Below, in pieces: positions 40,281 through 51,464 of a stretch of 64,000 nucleotides of DNA (position 1 is its first letter; each line of letters opens with the position of its first letter). The translations under genes and the position numbers were made by a program. A model generated the notes under the pieces. That model did no database searches, was not told where the DNA came from, and saw only the letters and a program-made list of their open reading frames with translations. This DNA is from an uncultured cyanobacterium (GTDB taxonomy: Bacteria; Cyanobacteriota; Cyanobacteriia; Cyanobacteriales; Nostocaceae), in NCBI GenBank assembly GCA_963740315.1, contig CAVUDP010000002.1, positions 1,760,001-1,824,000 of the forward strand. The letters are read 5' to 3'.

Positions 40281-40961
40281 ATGGCATCAACTACTGTAAA
40301 TCAAATAGATTTTACTCCGAAGCTGCTTGAATTGATGCAGAAAAGTGATATTTCTAGTTTTAAAGCTTTGAGTAAATTAGCTGGAGTTTCCGAATATCAG
40401 ATACAGCGTTTGCGAAGAGGAGAAATTCAGCAAATGCGTTTAGAGTTTTTAGGAAAATTATCGCGATCGCTACAAATAGATTTAACTGAATTGATAACTA
40501 ATTTTTCAGAGACAAATTCGGACACGGATTTAGTAAAACGATCGTCAACTCAGCAATCGTCGTCATCAAAAGATATAGCAGACTTAAAAAAAGAATACGA
40601 ACGCTTACAAAAGCAATTAGAAAATCAAGAACAATTATTAGTTTCTCAGTTTCAGCAATCGAGTTTACAAATCCTCGAATCATTGTTAATTCAATTTCCT
40701 ACAGCAGCCCAGAAAGCCAGAGAAAATCGCCAGTTGCCAGCAGCCAATATAATTCCACTGATAGAAAAACCGATCGCAAGACTTTTGCAAGCGTGGGGAA
40801 TTGAAGCCATTGCTGAGGTAGGTGCAGAATTACCTTACGAACCCGAAATCCACCAATTAATCGAAGGCGATACACAACCGAAGGAAAAAGTCAAGATTCG
40901 CTATACAGGCTACCGTCAAGGAGATAAGTTACTGTATCGAGCTAAGGTGAGTCCGGTTTAG
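40281..40961 (+). CDS. XRE/Cro-type HTH protein fused to a coiled coil and a GrpE-like C-terminal domain
   Basis: LSKLAGVSEYQIQRLRRG HTH; YEPEIHQ..VKIRYTGYRQGDKLLYRAKV resembles the GrpE beta domain. Confidence 0.75.
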   Translation: MASTTVNQIDFTPKLLELMQKSDISSFKALSKLAGVSEYQIQRLRRGEIQQMRLEFLGKLSRSLQIDLTELITNFSETNSDTDLVKRSSTQQSSSSKDIADLKKEYERLQKQLENQEQLLVSQFQQSSLQILESLLIQFPTAAQKARENRQLPAANIIPLIEKPIARLLQAWGIEAIAEVGAELPYEPEIHQLIEGDTQPKEKVKIRYTGYRQGDKLLYRAKVSPV

Positions 40962-41185
40962 GGGAGAGGGGGAAGAGGGGGACAAGGTGATGGGGTGATG
41001 GGGTGATGGGGGGAGAGGAAATAGATAATTCTTAGTATTTAGTGTTGAAAGAGAATCAATTGCGGGAATACTAATTAAGTGGATATAGGCTAAGGGAAGA
41101 TTTATGAATTCATTAATTATTGTGTATTAAATCTAACCGCTGCATCTAACGGAGGCTAGAACTTTTACTGAGAAGGATTTTGGGG

Positions 41186-44100
41186 ATGAATAAAGATAAA
41201 GAAACAAATGAATCGTTTGTTGAAGAGGTAAAAGTAGAAGACGATTTGCAAACGCAACCAGAAGAAAGTTTTTCTGCTGGTTTTTTACTTCAGGTACTTA
41301 ACGGTACTTCCGATCCTATTTTTGTCAAAGATCGTCAACATTGTTGGGTGCTGGCGAATGATGCGTACTGTAATTTTATCGGACGCAGTAGAGAAGAAAT
41401 TATTGGTAAATCCGATTTTGATTTATTCGATAATGAAGTTGCTGATGCATCTTGGGAAAAAGATGAGTTTATTTTTACTACGTTTAACCAAAATGAATCT
41501 GATGAATGTATTACAGATGCGACGGGTGAAAGACGTTTTGTTTCTATTAAAAAATGCGTATTTAAAGATGAACAAGATAATAAATTTATAATTGTTACTA
41601 TTCGAGAATTGACACAACAAATTAATCAGCAATTTCAAGTTGAAGCACGATTGCGTTCGTCCAAGCAGTTCTTAGAACAAATTTTAAATCATGTACCGCA
41701 AGCACTTTTTTGGAAAGATTGCAATTCGGTCTATCAAGGTTGTAATAGCTTTTTTGCCGAGATTGCGGGAGTAGGAGATCCAAAATTAATTAAAGGTAAA
41801 ACTGATTTTGATTTACCTTGGAAAGAAGAAGAAGCTAATTGGTTTCGCCTTAACGATAGTCGGGCTATTGAATCTAAAATACCTGAAAGTATTGTTAAAC
41901 CACAACTGCAAGCAGATGGCAGACAATGCTGGTTGGAAGTCAACACAATTCCGATTTGCGACGATCGAGGAAAGGTAACTAATATTTTAGGAACTTTGCA
42001 AGATATCACCGATCGCAAAGAAATAGAAGTTACTTTACAGCAGTTATACGAACAGTTAGAAGTTCGAGTACATCGGCGAACTTCCGAACTTACTCAGGTA
42101 ATCACTCATTTACAAGAAGAAATTAAACGGCGCGAAGCAATAGAAAATCAGTTTTTATTAAGCGAGGAAAAGCTACAGAAACTGTCGGCAAATGTTCCAG
42201 GTATGTTATATCAATTTAAACTTGGGTATGACAATCAATTTAGCTTTCCTTATATTAGTTCCGGCTGTTTTGAAATCTATGAAATTCCACCGGAACAAAT
42301 GACATCTGATGCTAGTTTGTTTGTTTCCTGCGTTCATCGGGATGAACGAGAGGATTTTGAAAAATCTATTGCTAATTCTGCTCAAAGTTTGCAACCTTGG
42401 CAATGGGAAGGAAGAATTATTTTAACTTCTGGAAAAGTCAAATGGATTCAAACTGCATCCCGCCCGGATAAACAGGCGGATGGTTCGATTATTTGGGATG
42501 GGGTAATAATGGATGTAACTCGTTTAAAACAAGCTGAAAGGGCGCTAAAAAGGGCTTATGCAGATTTGGAAAAACGGGTAGAAGAACGAACTCAGCAGTT
42601 AATGCAAAGCAATCAAGCGTTGCAAAAAGAAATCGGCGATCGCCAATCAGCACAATCCGAACTTTTAGCTTCTCGCCAAAGATTAGCGCTATTGATTGAA
42701 CAAACACCTTTAGCGGTGATTGAATGGGATACGAATTTTAAGGTACAAGAATGGAATAAAGCCGCAGAAACTATCTTTGGATATACAAAAGAGGAAGCGA
42801 TTGAGAATTACTTCGAGTTTATAGTTTCCCAAACTGCATTAGAACAAGTTCATCATTTAAAGACTGCATTATTATCGCAGAAAGGTGGAACCAGAATCGT
42901 GACTGAAAATATTACCAAGGATGGTAAAACGATTATTTGTGAATGGTATAACAATCCTTTGGTGGCTGTAAATAGTCAAGTGTTTGGTGTTGCATCTTTA
43001 GTACTTGATATTACCGAACGGGAACTCGCGAGCGCAACTTTACAAAAACAAGAGCAGTTTCTTCGCAGTATTTATCAAGGAATCGCACAACTCTTAATCA
43101 TTGTTAACGTTTTGGATAATGGGGAATTAATTTATACTGATTGGAATTTAGCAACTGAAAAAGCTACAGGTATAAAAGCCTTAAACGCAATCAATAAATT
43201 TCCGGAAGAAGTTTTTGGCGACGTTCAAGGTGCAAAAATACGTCAACAATATATCAGATGCCTGGAAGCAGGTATACCTATAAGTTATGAAGAAAATTTA
43301 GTATTTCAAGGTCAAGAAAACTGGTGGTTGACTACACTTAATCCTTTAAGGAATGCAGAAGGTAAAATTTACCGAATTGTCGGCACATCATTTAATATTA
43401 GCGATCGCAAACAGGCAGAGATGCAGTTGAAGCAGCAAACACAAGAATTAGAATCAGCTTTAAATGAACTACAAAATGCTCAAAGTCAATTAGTACAAAA
43501 TGAAAAAATGACCTCATTGGGTAATTTGGTTGCAGGGGTAGCCCACGAAATTAATAATCCTGTAAACTTTATCTACGGTAATATCGATTATGCAAATAAT
43601 TACACTCATAACCTCTTAAAACTGGTTAAATTTTATCAGCAAGATTATCCTCAGCCATCATCCAAAATACAGAAATTAGTTCAAGAAATAGATTTAGAAT
43701 TTCTCTACGATGATTTACCTAAATTACTCGAATCGATGAGAATAGGAGCGCAACGCATCCGAGAAATTGTTGCATCTTTACGTACTTTTTCCCGTATAGA
43801 TGAAGCTGAAATGAAAAAGGTTGATATTCATCAAGGGTTGGATAGTACTTTACTGATTTTAGAGAATCGGATTAAAGCTAAATCTGAGCATCCTAAAATT
43901 GAAATTATTAAACAGTATGGAAATTTACCGCCGATTGAGTGTTATCCCGGTCAACTTAATCAGGTTTTTATGAACATTTTAGCAAATGCGTTGGATGCGT
44001 TGGAATTAATAGAAAATCAAAGCGATCGCAATCCTCAAATTCATATTTCCACGGAATTAGTGGAGGTGGATAAGGTAAAAATTCGTATAGCCGATAACGG

Positions 44101-44296
44101 AATCGGAATAGCATCCGATATTAAAGGAAGATTATTTGACTCGTTCTTTACAACTAAACCTGTAAGTAAAGGTACGGGCATGGGACTTTCTATTAGTTAC
44201 CAAATTATTACTGAGGTACATAATGGTTCAATAGAATGTATTTCTCAATTTGGAGAAGGAAGCGAATTTATTATTTCAATTCCGCTTCATCAATAA
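41186..44296 (+). CDS. Multi-PAS sensor histidine kinase
   Basis: Five PAS/PAC repeats, AHEINNP H-box, NALDA, DNGIG, FFTTK and GTGMGL boxes. Confidence 0.95.
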   Translation: MNKDKETNESFVEEVKVEDDLQTQPEESFSAGFLLQVLNGTSDPIFVKDRQHCWVLANDAYCNFIGRSREEIIGKSDFDLFDNEVADASWEKDEFIFTTFNQNESDECITDATGERRFVSIKKCVFKDEQDNKFIIVTIRELTQQINQQFQVEARLRSSKQFLEQILNHVPQALFWKDCNSVYQGCNSFFAEIAGVGDPKLIKGKTDFDLPWKEEEANWFRLNDSRAIESKIPESIVKPQLQADGRQCWLEVNTIPICDDRGKVTNILGTLQDITDRKEIEVTLQQLYEQLEVRVHRRTSELTQVITHLQEEIKRREAIENQFLLSEEKLQKLSANVPGMLYQFKLGYDNQFSFPYISSGCFEIYEIPPEQMTSDASLFVSCVHRDEREDFEKSIANSAQSLQPWQWEGRIILTSGKVKWIQTASRPDKQADGSIIWDGVIMDVTRLKQAERALKRAYADLEKRVEERTQQLMQSNQALQKEIGDRQSAQSELLASRQRLALLIEQTPLAVIEWDTNFKVQEWNKAAETIFGYTKEEAIENYFEFIVSQTALEQVHHLKTALLSQKGGTRIVTENITKDGKTIICEWYNNPLVAVNSQVFGVASLVLDITERELASATLQKQEQFLRSIYQGIAQLLIIVNVLDNGELIYTDWNLATEKATGIKALNAINKFPEEVFGDVQGAKIRQQYIRCLEAGIPISYEENLVFQGQENWWLTTLNPLRNAEGKIYRIVGTSFNISDRKQAEMQLKQQTQELESALNELQNAQSQLVQNEKMTSLGNLVAGVAHEINNPVNFIYGNIDYANNYTHNLLKLVKFYQQDYPQPSSKIQKLVQEIDLEFLYDDLPKLLESMRIGAQRIREIVASLRTFSRIDEAEMKKVDIHQGLDSTLLILENRIKAKSEHPKIEIIKQYGNLPPIECYPGQLNQVFMNILANALDALELIENQSDRNPQIHISTELVEVDKVKIRIADNGIGIASDIKGRLFDSFFTTKPVSKGTGMGLSISYQIITEVHNGSIECISQFGEGSEFIISIPLHQ

Positions 44297-44719
44297 TAAG
44301 TAATATTTAGGGCTGTGTTATGGGCATCTTCCCCGTAGATAGAATCAGCTAGAAGCCTTTAGGCTATTGCACTCAAAGGCTTATCAACGCTTTGCGCCTC
44401 ACGGAGAAATCGGGAGTATGGCTAAATCGCTAAATCAAAAAATGTTTTTACGAATATTCGCGGTTTCTTTGGTTTTCCACTCGAATGATGCGAGATGTAA
44501 ATTCAAGCATATTATTTCGATTGACGGTTGAGGCGCTCGGCACGTATCCTGCTTAACAATCTACTCTTACATCTATATATGTAATTGTTTACTAATTTAA
44601 TATTTTAATTGATAACTGTTAATTGAGAAGGGATATTTGGCAAGTTGTCGTTAAATGAATTATGATTAGTATGGAATAAATTAGTAAATCTTTTTTTGCA
44701 GTAAAAATACTGAGAAATT

Positions 44720-45049
44720 ATGACAGAGCATATTAAAGTTATTCAACCAAATGGTGTTTTAGATGCAACTAAATCACAAAAATTTCGGGAAGATGTTATT
44801 AAATTACTGGAAAGTAAACCAAAAATTGTACTGCTCGATTTAAAAGATATCACTTTTATGGATAGTTCGGGTTTAGGTGCTTTAGTGCTAGCATTTAAAA
44901 CCTTAAGAGCAGCAGATACTAAGCTGGTAATTTGTTGTATGAACGAACAAGTCAAAATATTATTTGAACTGACTGGAATGGATAAAGTTTTTGAAGTCTT
45001 TTCTAATCAAGATGAATTTTATAAAGCTGTAACTTCCCAAATTGCTTAA
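44720..45049 (+). CDS. STAS anti-sigma factor antagonist
   Basis: LDLKDITFMDSSGLGALV phospho-serine motif. Confidence 0.93.
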   Translation: MTEHIKVIQPNGVLDATKSQKFREDVIKLLESKPKIVLLDLKDITFMDSSGLGALVLAFKTLRAADTKLVICCMNEQVKILFELTGMDKVFEVFSNQDEFYKAVTSQIA

Positions 45050-46173
45050 TTAAAGCCGATTTGGAGTATAGATAAATCATCATCAAAGGCTTTTTTTTGA
45101 TTTAAATCAACAAGACAATTAAGAATATTTTCTAGGGGACTGCTGGAAACATGATACAAGCGTGTAACCTTTTGAATAAAATTCTCCAGTCCCAGAAGTT
45201 GACCATCAGTTAAATTTATTTCATAAGCACCATCACTAAAAATATATAAGGTGCTGTTTTTTTCAATTTTACAAAATCCATCAGTATAGTTAACCTCTGG
45301 AAACATCCCTATTGGCATTCCAGGGGTTTTTAATAACTGGATATCACTACTATTATGAGATAATAAGATGGCAGGTGGATGACCGGCACTCGAATAAACT
45401 AGTTCGCGGCTAATTTGATTGTAAACTCCATACCAAATAGTAAAGTATTTATCATTCTGATAATTCATTTGGAAAGTATTGTTTAAGGCGTTTAGCACTT
45501 TCCTCGGTTGATAATAATTTAAATCTTTGAGGGCACGGGAACGTAGTAAGTTTAATACCGAAATAGAAGGTAAAGTCGCTTTCAGCCCATGTCCGGCGGT
45601 ATCAAGCAGATAAATGGCTAAATAATCTTCGTCTAGCCAATAATAATCAAAACAGTCACCGCCAAGCTGCTGGGAAGGAATAAATGTATAGTTTATATTA
45701 AAAGGCTGCATCATCGGCATAGGTAAAAGAGAACGCACATAATCGGCAGCCTCTGATAATTCCGCTTCTAAAATCTGCTTTTGAGCTTTTAAATCTTGAC
45801 TCATTTGGTGCAAGCGTAAACCAGCCCTTACCCGCGCTTTCATTTCATTTTGTTCTATGGGTTTAGTGATAAAATCATCAGCACCAGCGTCTAATCCTTT
45901 CACGCGATCGGCAACAGAATCTAAGGATGTTAAAAGAATAAAAAACGTAGTAGAAAAATTAGGATCTTTCTTGATGTAACGACAAACATCAAGTCCACTT
46001 AATCCCGGCATTAACCAATCACAAATAATCAGCGCCGGACGAGCAACTACAGCTTGTGCAATTCCTTGTTCGCCGTTACTGACTGCAACCACTTCATAAC
46101 CCTGCTTTTCCAGCATTCTTTTCAATAAAATTTGAACTGATGGGTCATCATCGATTACTAATATTTGAAACAT
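45046..46173 (-). CDS. Receiver domain plus SpoIIE/RsbU-type PP2C phosphatase
   Basis: IDDD..CDWLMP..KP receiver; GGDCFD, DTAGHG, AGHPP, SDG and DDDL motifs. Confidence 0.93.
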   Translation of the reverse strand: MFQILVIDDDPSVQILLKRMLEKQGYEVVAVSNGEQGIAQAVVARPALIICDWLMPGLSGLDVCRYIKKDPNFSTTFFILLTSLDSVADRVKGLDAGADDFITKPIEQNEMKARVRAGLRLHQMSQDLKAQKQILEAELSEAADYVRSLLPMPMMQPFNINYTFIPSQQLGGDCFDYYWLDEDYLAIYLLDTAGHGLKATLPSISVLNLLRSRALKDLNYYQPRKVLNALNNTFQMNYQNDKYFTIWYGVYNQISRELVYSSAGHPPAILLSHNSSDIQLLKTPGMPIGMFPEVNYTDGFCKIEKNSTLYIFSDGAYEINLTDGQLLGLENFIQKVTRLYHVSSSPLENILNCLVDLNQKKAFDDDLSILQIGFN

Positions 46174-46314
46174 ATTTGTTAGCCGCTTAAAAATAAAAAA
46201 TAAATGCGCCCGCGCCCTCTAGGGACTAATTTGCTTATAATATGACCCCGATTTACTAGAAAATTACTTCACACAGTTAGTTATAAGGGCAAAATCTATA
46301 CATACCTTAGCCGA

Positions 46315-47082
46315 TTATGGTGGCGATAGGGGATTCAGCCATAACATCAAGCTCTGTTTTAGCCGATCTAAATCCCGGTATACTTCTTGCCTAAACCACT
46401 GTCCGAAAGCATCAAACGGATTAAATTCTTTTCCTGGTTGCCATTTAATATCTTGACCTAAAGGTGTAAGGTGGTTGCCGATTAGCGTCTGATTTGCTAC
46501 CATATCCCCAAATTTATTGTGTAACAATTGGGTTAAAGCAGTTGATTGGTCAAGATTATCATTGCTAAATTTTATTAATAAATTACGACGGACATTATAG
46601 TTTTCTTTTACCAGTTTGTAAGTTTGGGTGGGTGAAGGGGTAAATTCAACATTTATGGCAGTGTTAAATTGTTCCACCAAAGGAATTGCATCCCGTGCGG
46701 CATAATTATTAAATGATATGAGGATATTACCCGCACGTTGGACTTCATCCGAACAACCGATAAGTAAATGTAGCTTGCATCCCATACTGTGCCCCAATCC
46801 ATATATAGGAAGATAGCCTTTATATACAGGTTCCCTCTCTTCCAAGCGTACTAAAACCCGTTCAAAATTCAGCAAAACCTGTTGGGCGATCGCACTATGG
46901 TCTAAAGTATTAACAAATGGGGTAGCAATTACCGCAAACCCTTTCTCTGCCAAATATTCGAGTAACAAACGATAAGTTACGTTAGGTGCGGTAGCGACAA
47001 ATGCACCACCCAAAAAATGAATGATACCAATAGGACGCGCAGGAGCGATCGCCCAGCTACCAGCAATTTGTTTCCAGTCCAT
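46315..47082 (-). CDS. DUF1350 family alpha/beta-hydrolase-like protein
   Basis: FLGGAFVA, GHSMGCKLH and GNHLTP motifs. Confidence 0.85.
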   Translation of the reverse strand: MDWKQIAGSWAIAPARPIGIIHFLGGAFVATAPNVTYRLLLEYLAEKGFAVIATPFVNTLDHSAIAQQVLLNFERVLVRLEEREPVYKGYLPIYGLGHSMGCKLHLLIGCSDEVQRAGNILISFNNYAARDAIPLVEQFNTAINVEFTPSPTQTYKLVKENYNVRRNLLIKFSNDNLDQSTALTQLLHNKFGDMVANQTLIGNHLTPLGQDIKWQPGKEFNPFDAFGQWFRQEVYRDLDRLKQSLMLWLNPLSPP

Positions 47083-47251
47083 GCCTTCACGCCCTCGAAC
47101 AAGAGTATTTATACTTTCTTATGGTAAACAGGTTTTACCCATCTTGTAATCCTGGTTCAAGCTTTCCTAATTAAAATTATCAAATAGCCCAGCAAGAATC
47201 ACAGCATATTTACTCAAAGCTTCGTATTATTTAATTGATAACTGTTTGCTG

Positions 47252-47971
47252 TTATTTTTGACTCTGCAATCTTTTCATTTCCTGCTGTACGTCTAAGGCA
47301 ATCTCCAATGCTTCATTAAGCAACCTACTATGTTCGGAAGCTCGTTGGGTTACTTGCATTTGAGTTAAATTCGCCAAATTATTAGCCAGCAATTCAGAAT
47401 TATTAACAATAAATTTCTTATTCTCTCTCAAAATCTTTTCAGTTTTCAAAGCGCGAACTAAATCTGCTCTAGTATATTTGAGAGCTTCAATAACTTGTCT
47501 TCTTTCTCTAATACTGACTTCTGGATTACCTGCCTCTTCAATTCGATCGTTAATATCGATCGCCTTAACGACGGCATTAAATCTCTCAACTTCATGTAAA
47601 AGAGTATTTAAAGAATACGTTAGCTTTTCTTTAACAATTGAAACTCTTTTTTTCCAAGTTAGATACAATAATAACTGTGTAATACCACCGCCAATAAAAC
47701 AAAATTTAATGAATAGCAACCAAGATGGAAGTGCTATCCAGTTAGCAAACATCTTAATAAATAAATCGAATACAATATAACCGCTAAGTATTACAGCTAA
47801 TCCTATAAAAATCGCGGTTGCACCTTCTGGTCCTTTGACTTTTTCAAAAAATTGCCTGACTAATAATTTTAATGGGTTAACAATAATAGTTAGTTCGTCG
47901 TTTATAGGCAAATTTGTTAACTTTCGGAGTTCTCTTTGAACGATCGCTAAGCCTTTTAAATCATCACGCAC
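47252..47971 (-). CDS. Hypothetical two-TM, coiled-coil protein
   Basis: 239-aa ORF with GTG start, two hydrophobic helices and a helical C-terminus. Confidence 0.75.
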   Translation of the reverse strand: MRDDLKGLAIVQRELRKLTNLPINDELTIIVNPLKLLVRQFFEKVKGPEGATAIFIGLAVILSGYIVFDLFIKMFANWIALPSWLLFIKFCFIGGGITQLLLYLTWKKRVSIVKEKLTYSLNTLLHEVERFNAVVKAIDINDRIEEAGNPEVSIRERRQVIEALKYTRADLVRALKTEKILRENKKFIVNNSELLANNLANLTQMQVTQRASEHSRLLNEALEIALDVQQEMKRLQSQK

Positions 47972-48796
47972 AGCTTCTAAATCCCCACCACCCGCATTTT
48001 TGACCTATTATATCTCTGCTTAAAATAACTGACAATATGCTTAATGTTTAAAACCATCATTAACATATTGATAAAACTTATTATTATCCCGATTCAAATA
48101 TATTGCAATAGTCATAGTATCGTAATACCTCTGAAGTATCATGCTACACGGTATACTTAACAACAGAAAATAGTTAAGTTTATTTGTGAAATAAAGTATA
48201 TGTTAATTCTTCTTTTTTAGACAATAGTTAATTATTTTAGCTTTACCTATTTATAAAAAATAGATCGGTGTCTTACAAAAATATGGATTTAAACTAAAAA
48301 ATAGTTACTTTAATAATGCTACTGTCAGAACAGTAACATTCATATTACTATATTTAGCGCTCTATATAGTTGCATTTTTATTCTTCGCGGCATTTGTAGC
48401 TTCGCCAGGACAATTCCCCTTGAGGTAAAAATTATACAGTTGTTTGAGATGAATATAGGGAACCAAGAATTGGCTTGGGGGAAATATACGTTCGTTTTTT
48501 AAGCGGATGCGGAAGCGTTTATGTAGTATGCCCGTAGGGTTTACAAAATTCTGTGGAAAAATCCTATAAATACTTAAAATATCTATAAAAACGGAAATTA
48601 AATTTAGATTAAAATCTATATAGCAGGGAACTATTTGTCTATTTTAGTATTAAAGAAACATCGCCTTATTGGCAATTAGTATAATTCTTAACAATTGATA
48701 AAGAACATTAATAAAACATAAGAATAAAAGTATACTTAGCTTTTAAATTTAATATTATTTTTGGTGTAGATCGAATATCTAATTAATAGCTGATTA

Positions 48797-49501
48797 ATGG
48801 CTGAGAAAACTTCCTATCCGATATACCAAAAGGATTATGTTGCTGCCGAACATTATCTTGAAAAAGACAAAAAGCGAACCAGATGCGTAATATGCGACTA
48901 TCAGATAGATGAACGGGATGATTCTATTTTTAGTGAATTTAACTGTAATATTAGAGCTTTTCAAAAAGAAGCTTTTAAAGTTTGGCGATGTCCTAAATGC
49001 AAAACTATTCATACTGTTCTCGACTCTGCGCCATTCGACTACATATTACTTCAAGATGTTATCGAACACGTTGAAGATCCCAGAAAATTATTGTCTAAAT
49101 TGGACGGTTTACTTGCACCTGGTGGTTATATTCCGATCGGAACACCTAACGCCGCAAATTTAGATTTAACGAAACCTAGTGTATCTGATTTCTATAACTC
49201 CGTTCACGTACCGTACCATTTTCATATCTATACGGACGAAGTTTTAAAGTATCTAGGAAATTGTCAAAATTGGCAAGCTATCGAATTTCGATCTCGCGCT
49301 TATCACGATACACCTTGGTTAGGGGTAAATACTCGTGCTTGGAACCAGTATCAACAAATATCTGATGGTTCTTTAGATGCTATTCACGAGCCTATTGATT
49401 TAAGGAAAGCTGTTACTTCTTATAAAGTAATGTTCTATGCATTTTTTGGATATTGGTTGAGCTATCACACAGAAATGTCGATGATGTTTCGTAAAATTTG
49501 A
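48797..49501 (+). pseudogene. Class I SAM methyltransferase with N-terminal Zn finger, apparently internally deleted
   Basis: CVIC..CPKC joined directly to FDYILLQDVIEHV..LAPGG; the glycine-rich SAM motif I is absent. Confidence 0.6.
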
Positions 49502-50119
49502 GTTATCGATCCCGATATGGTGTTGGTTTCGTCTGGCGATTGTCTGCGTCATGAAAGATCCATCAAAATCGCTCTCGCTGTAAGCTTTTTCTTTTAATAC
49601 TATGCAATGGTGCCCTTTTCAAACCAAATGCATACCTGACTGAGGCTTTCCTCTATTCTATAAAAGGCAATATAGAGAAAGCGAGTCATAGGGATGCGAT
49701 TATTGGATATTTGATAATGAATCCATTATTACAAAGAACAACTGTAATATAAGCGATTCTAAGCAATAAGATTTTTAAGTTTGGTAGTTAGAATACTACC
49801 AAACTATTTGTATTTAATTATATTGTTTAGATGAACAACTATATTAAAAATATAAGCCCGTATTTTGATGTAAAAATAGTTATATATAATTAGTTCCGAA
49901 TGTAACAATAATTTAGAAATAAATCACTTAAAATTGTGCGAATAACCCCGACTATTGTCGTGGGTGGATTTAGAGTTTAATTCTTTAAATACTTTATTCT
50001 ATATCTAGGTTTATTTGTATAATTTTCTACTTAGCTCTTGTCTTTGTATCAGCCTCAAAGTACTAATTTGCTTAGTAATAACCTCAAGTTTCTTCCATTT
50101 TAATTAACTATTACTTGTG

Positions 50120-50920
50120 ATGTTTAAACCTCAAACTCAGCTTCAAAAAACTGCTTTAATTACGGGAGCCTGTAGCGGAATCGGCTACGAATTCACCTGT
50201 ATTTTCGCTAGCTATAACTATAATCTTGTATTAGTAGATATAAACGAACCGAAACTAATTGAGATTTCGGAAAGATTTACTCAGGAATATGGTATTTCTG
50301 TCACCACGATTACCAAAGATTTATCTCTTCCAACATCTCCAGAAGCAATTTATCAAGAATTACAGCAAGCATCGATTCATGTTGATGTATTGATAAATAA
50401 TGCGGGATTCGGTATCTGTGGATTATTTAATGAAACGAATTTGAAATCCGAACTAGAAATGATACAGGTAAACGCGGTATGCCAGACGCAGTTAACAAAA
50501 TTATTTCTCAAACACATGGTAGAGAAAGGTGAGGGCAAAATATTAAATGTCAGTTCGACTGCTGCTTTTCAACCAGGACCGTTGATGGCAGTGTATTTTG
50601 CTACCAAGGCTTATACTTTGTCGTTTTCGGAGGCGATCGCTAACGAAGTTGAAGGTACTGGAGTCAGCGTAACTGTACTTTGTCCTGGTCCCACACAATC
50701 CGCTTTCCATGAAAGAACCGGGACGCACAATTCACAGCGAATGAAAGATATGAAGATGATGGATGCAAAAACCGTAGCTCTTATTGGTTTTCGCGGCTTA
50801 ATGAACGGTAAAACCGTTGTGATTCCTGGTGCAAAAAATAGAATTTTAGCCGAAGCCGTGAGATTTTTACCGAGAGATCAAGTAACAAAAATGTCTAAGC
50901 TTGTACAGGGGAATAAATAG
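50120..50920 (+). CDS. SDR family oxidoreductase (DltE-like)
   Basis: TGACSGIG, NNAGFG, YFATK and LCPGPT motifs. Confidence 0.92.
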   Translation: MFKPQTQLQKTALITGACSGIGYEFTCIFASYNYNLVLVDINEPKLIEISERFTQEYGISVTTITKDLSLPTSPEAIYQELQQASIHVDVLINNAGFGICGLFNETNLKSELEMIQVNAVCQTQLTKLFLKHMVEKGEGKILNVSSTAAFQPGPLMAVYFATKAYTLSFSEAIANEVEGTGVSVTVLCPGPTQSAFHERTGTHNSQRMKDMKMMDAKTVALIGFRGLMNGKTVVIPGAKNRILAEAVRFLPRDQVTKMSKLVQGNK

Positions 50921-51024
50921 GAGCAGGGAGCAGGGAGTAGGGAGTAGGGAGTAGAAGAATGTACCTGCCTTTACTTGCCTTCCTGCTGTAAATCGAGAAT
51001 TCTTACCAAGATTACCTATAAAAT

Positions 51025-51255
51025 TTCTCTCCCTCTTCCCCCTATCTCCCCATCTCCCCCGCTCGCCGCACGCTCCGCGTGTTCAGCGCGGCACGACTCG
51101 TTAGAGTAACGGGTTGCGCCACTTCTCTCAACGCGGGGAACCCCTTCGGGTTCGGCAGTTCGCTCAACGGGGGGAACCCCCGCACGCGACTGCTCTCACC
51201 GCGCACGTTTTGGGCTTACCATCTCCCCCGAACCTTGTCCCCTCTCCCCCCTCAC
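51025..51255. repeat. Mosaic of CCCC(A/T)TC STRRs and nested GC-rich SDR-like elements
   Basis: CCGCACGCTCCGCGTG plus two CTCAACG..GGGGAACCCC motifs. Confidence 0.7.
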
Positions 51256-51464
51256 TCAACGCCGGTAATCTTCTAACAGTCTTGCAGTAGTTACCGACAA
51301 GCTTTTTAATATCCTCCCCGGATTTGCATCAAGCGCCTCGATCGGAAGGTGTAGAAAAATTAAGGAATGTTGCATTTCAATTAAATACTGGGGGGGAAGT
51401 TGAAAATCGGTCAAAACTCCGTGGTACCATGCTTCGAGGTAATGTCAAGTATGGGAGAAAACCT

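Noticed and set aside
44300..44560. Possible ncRNA or gene remnant in the GC-richer intergenic patch after the histidine kinase
   Set aside because: I could not recognise an RNA family, a long ORF or a convincing structure by eye; an Rfam/tBLASTn search would be needed.
51324..51464. 47-aa N-terminal extension of ChlP in the ORF track
   Set aside because: Recognisable ChlP sequence begins at TTG 51465, which has its own RBS.
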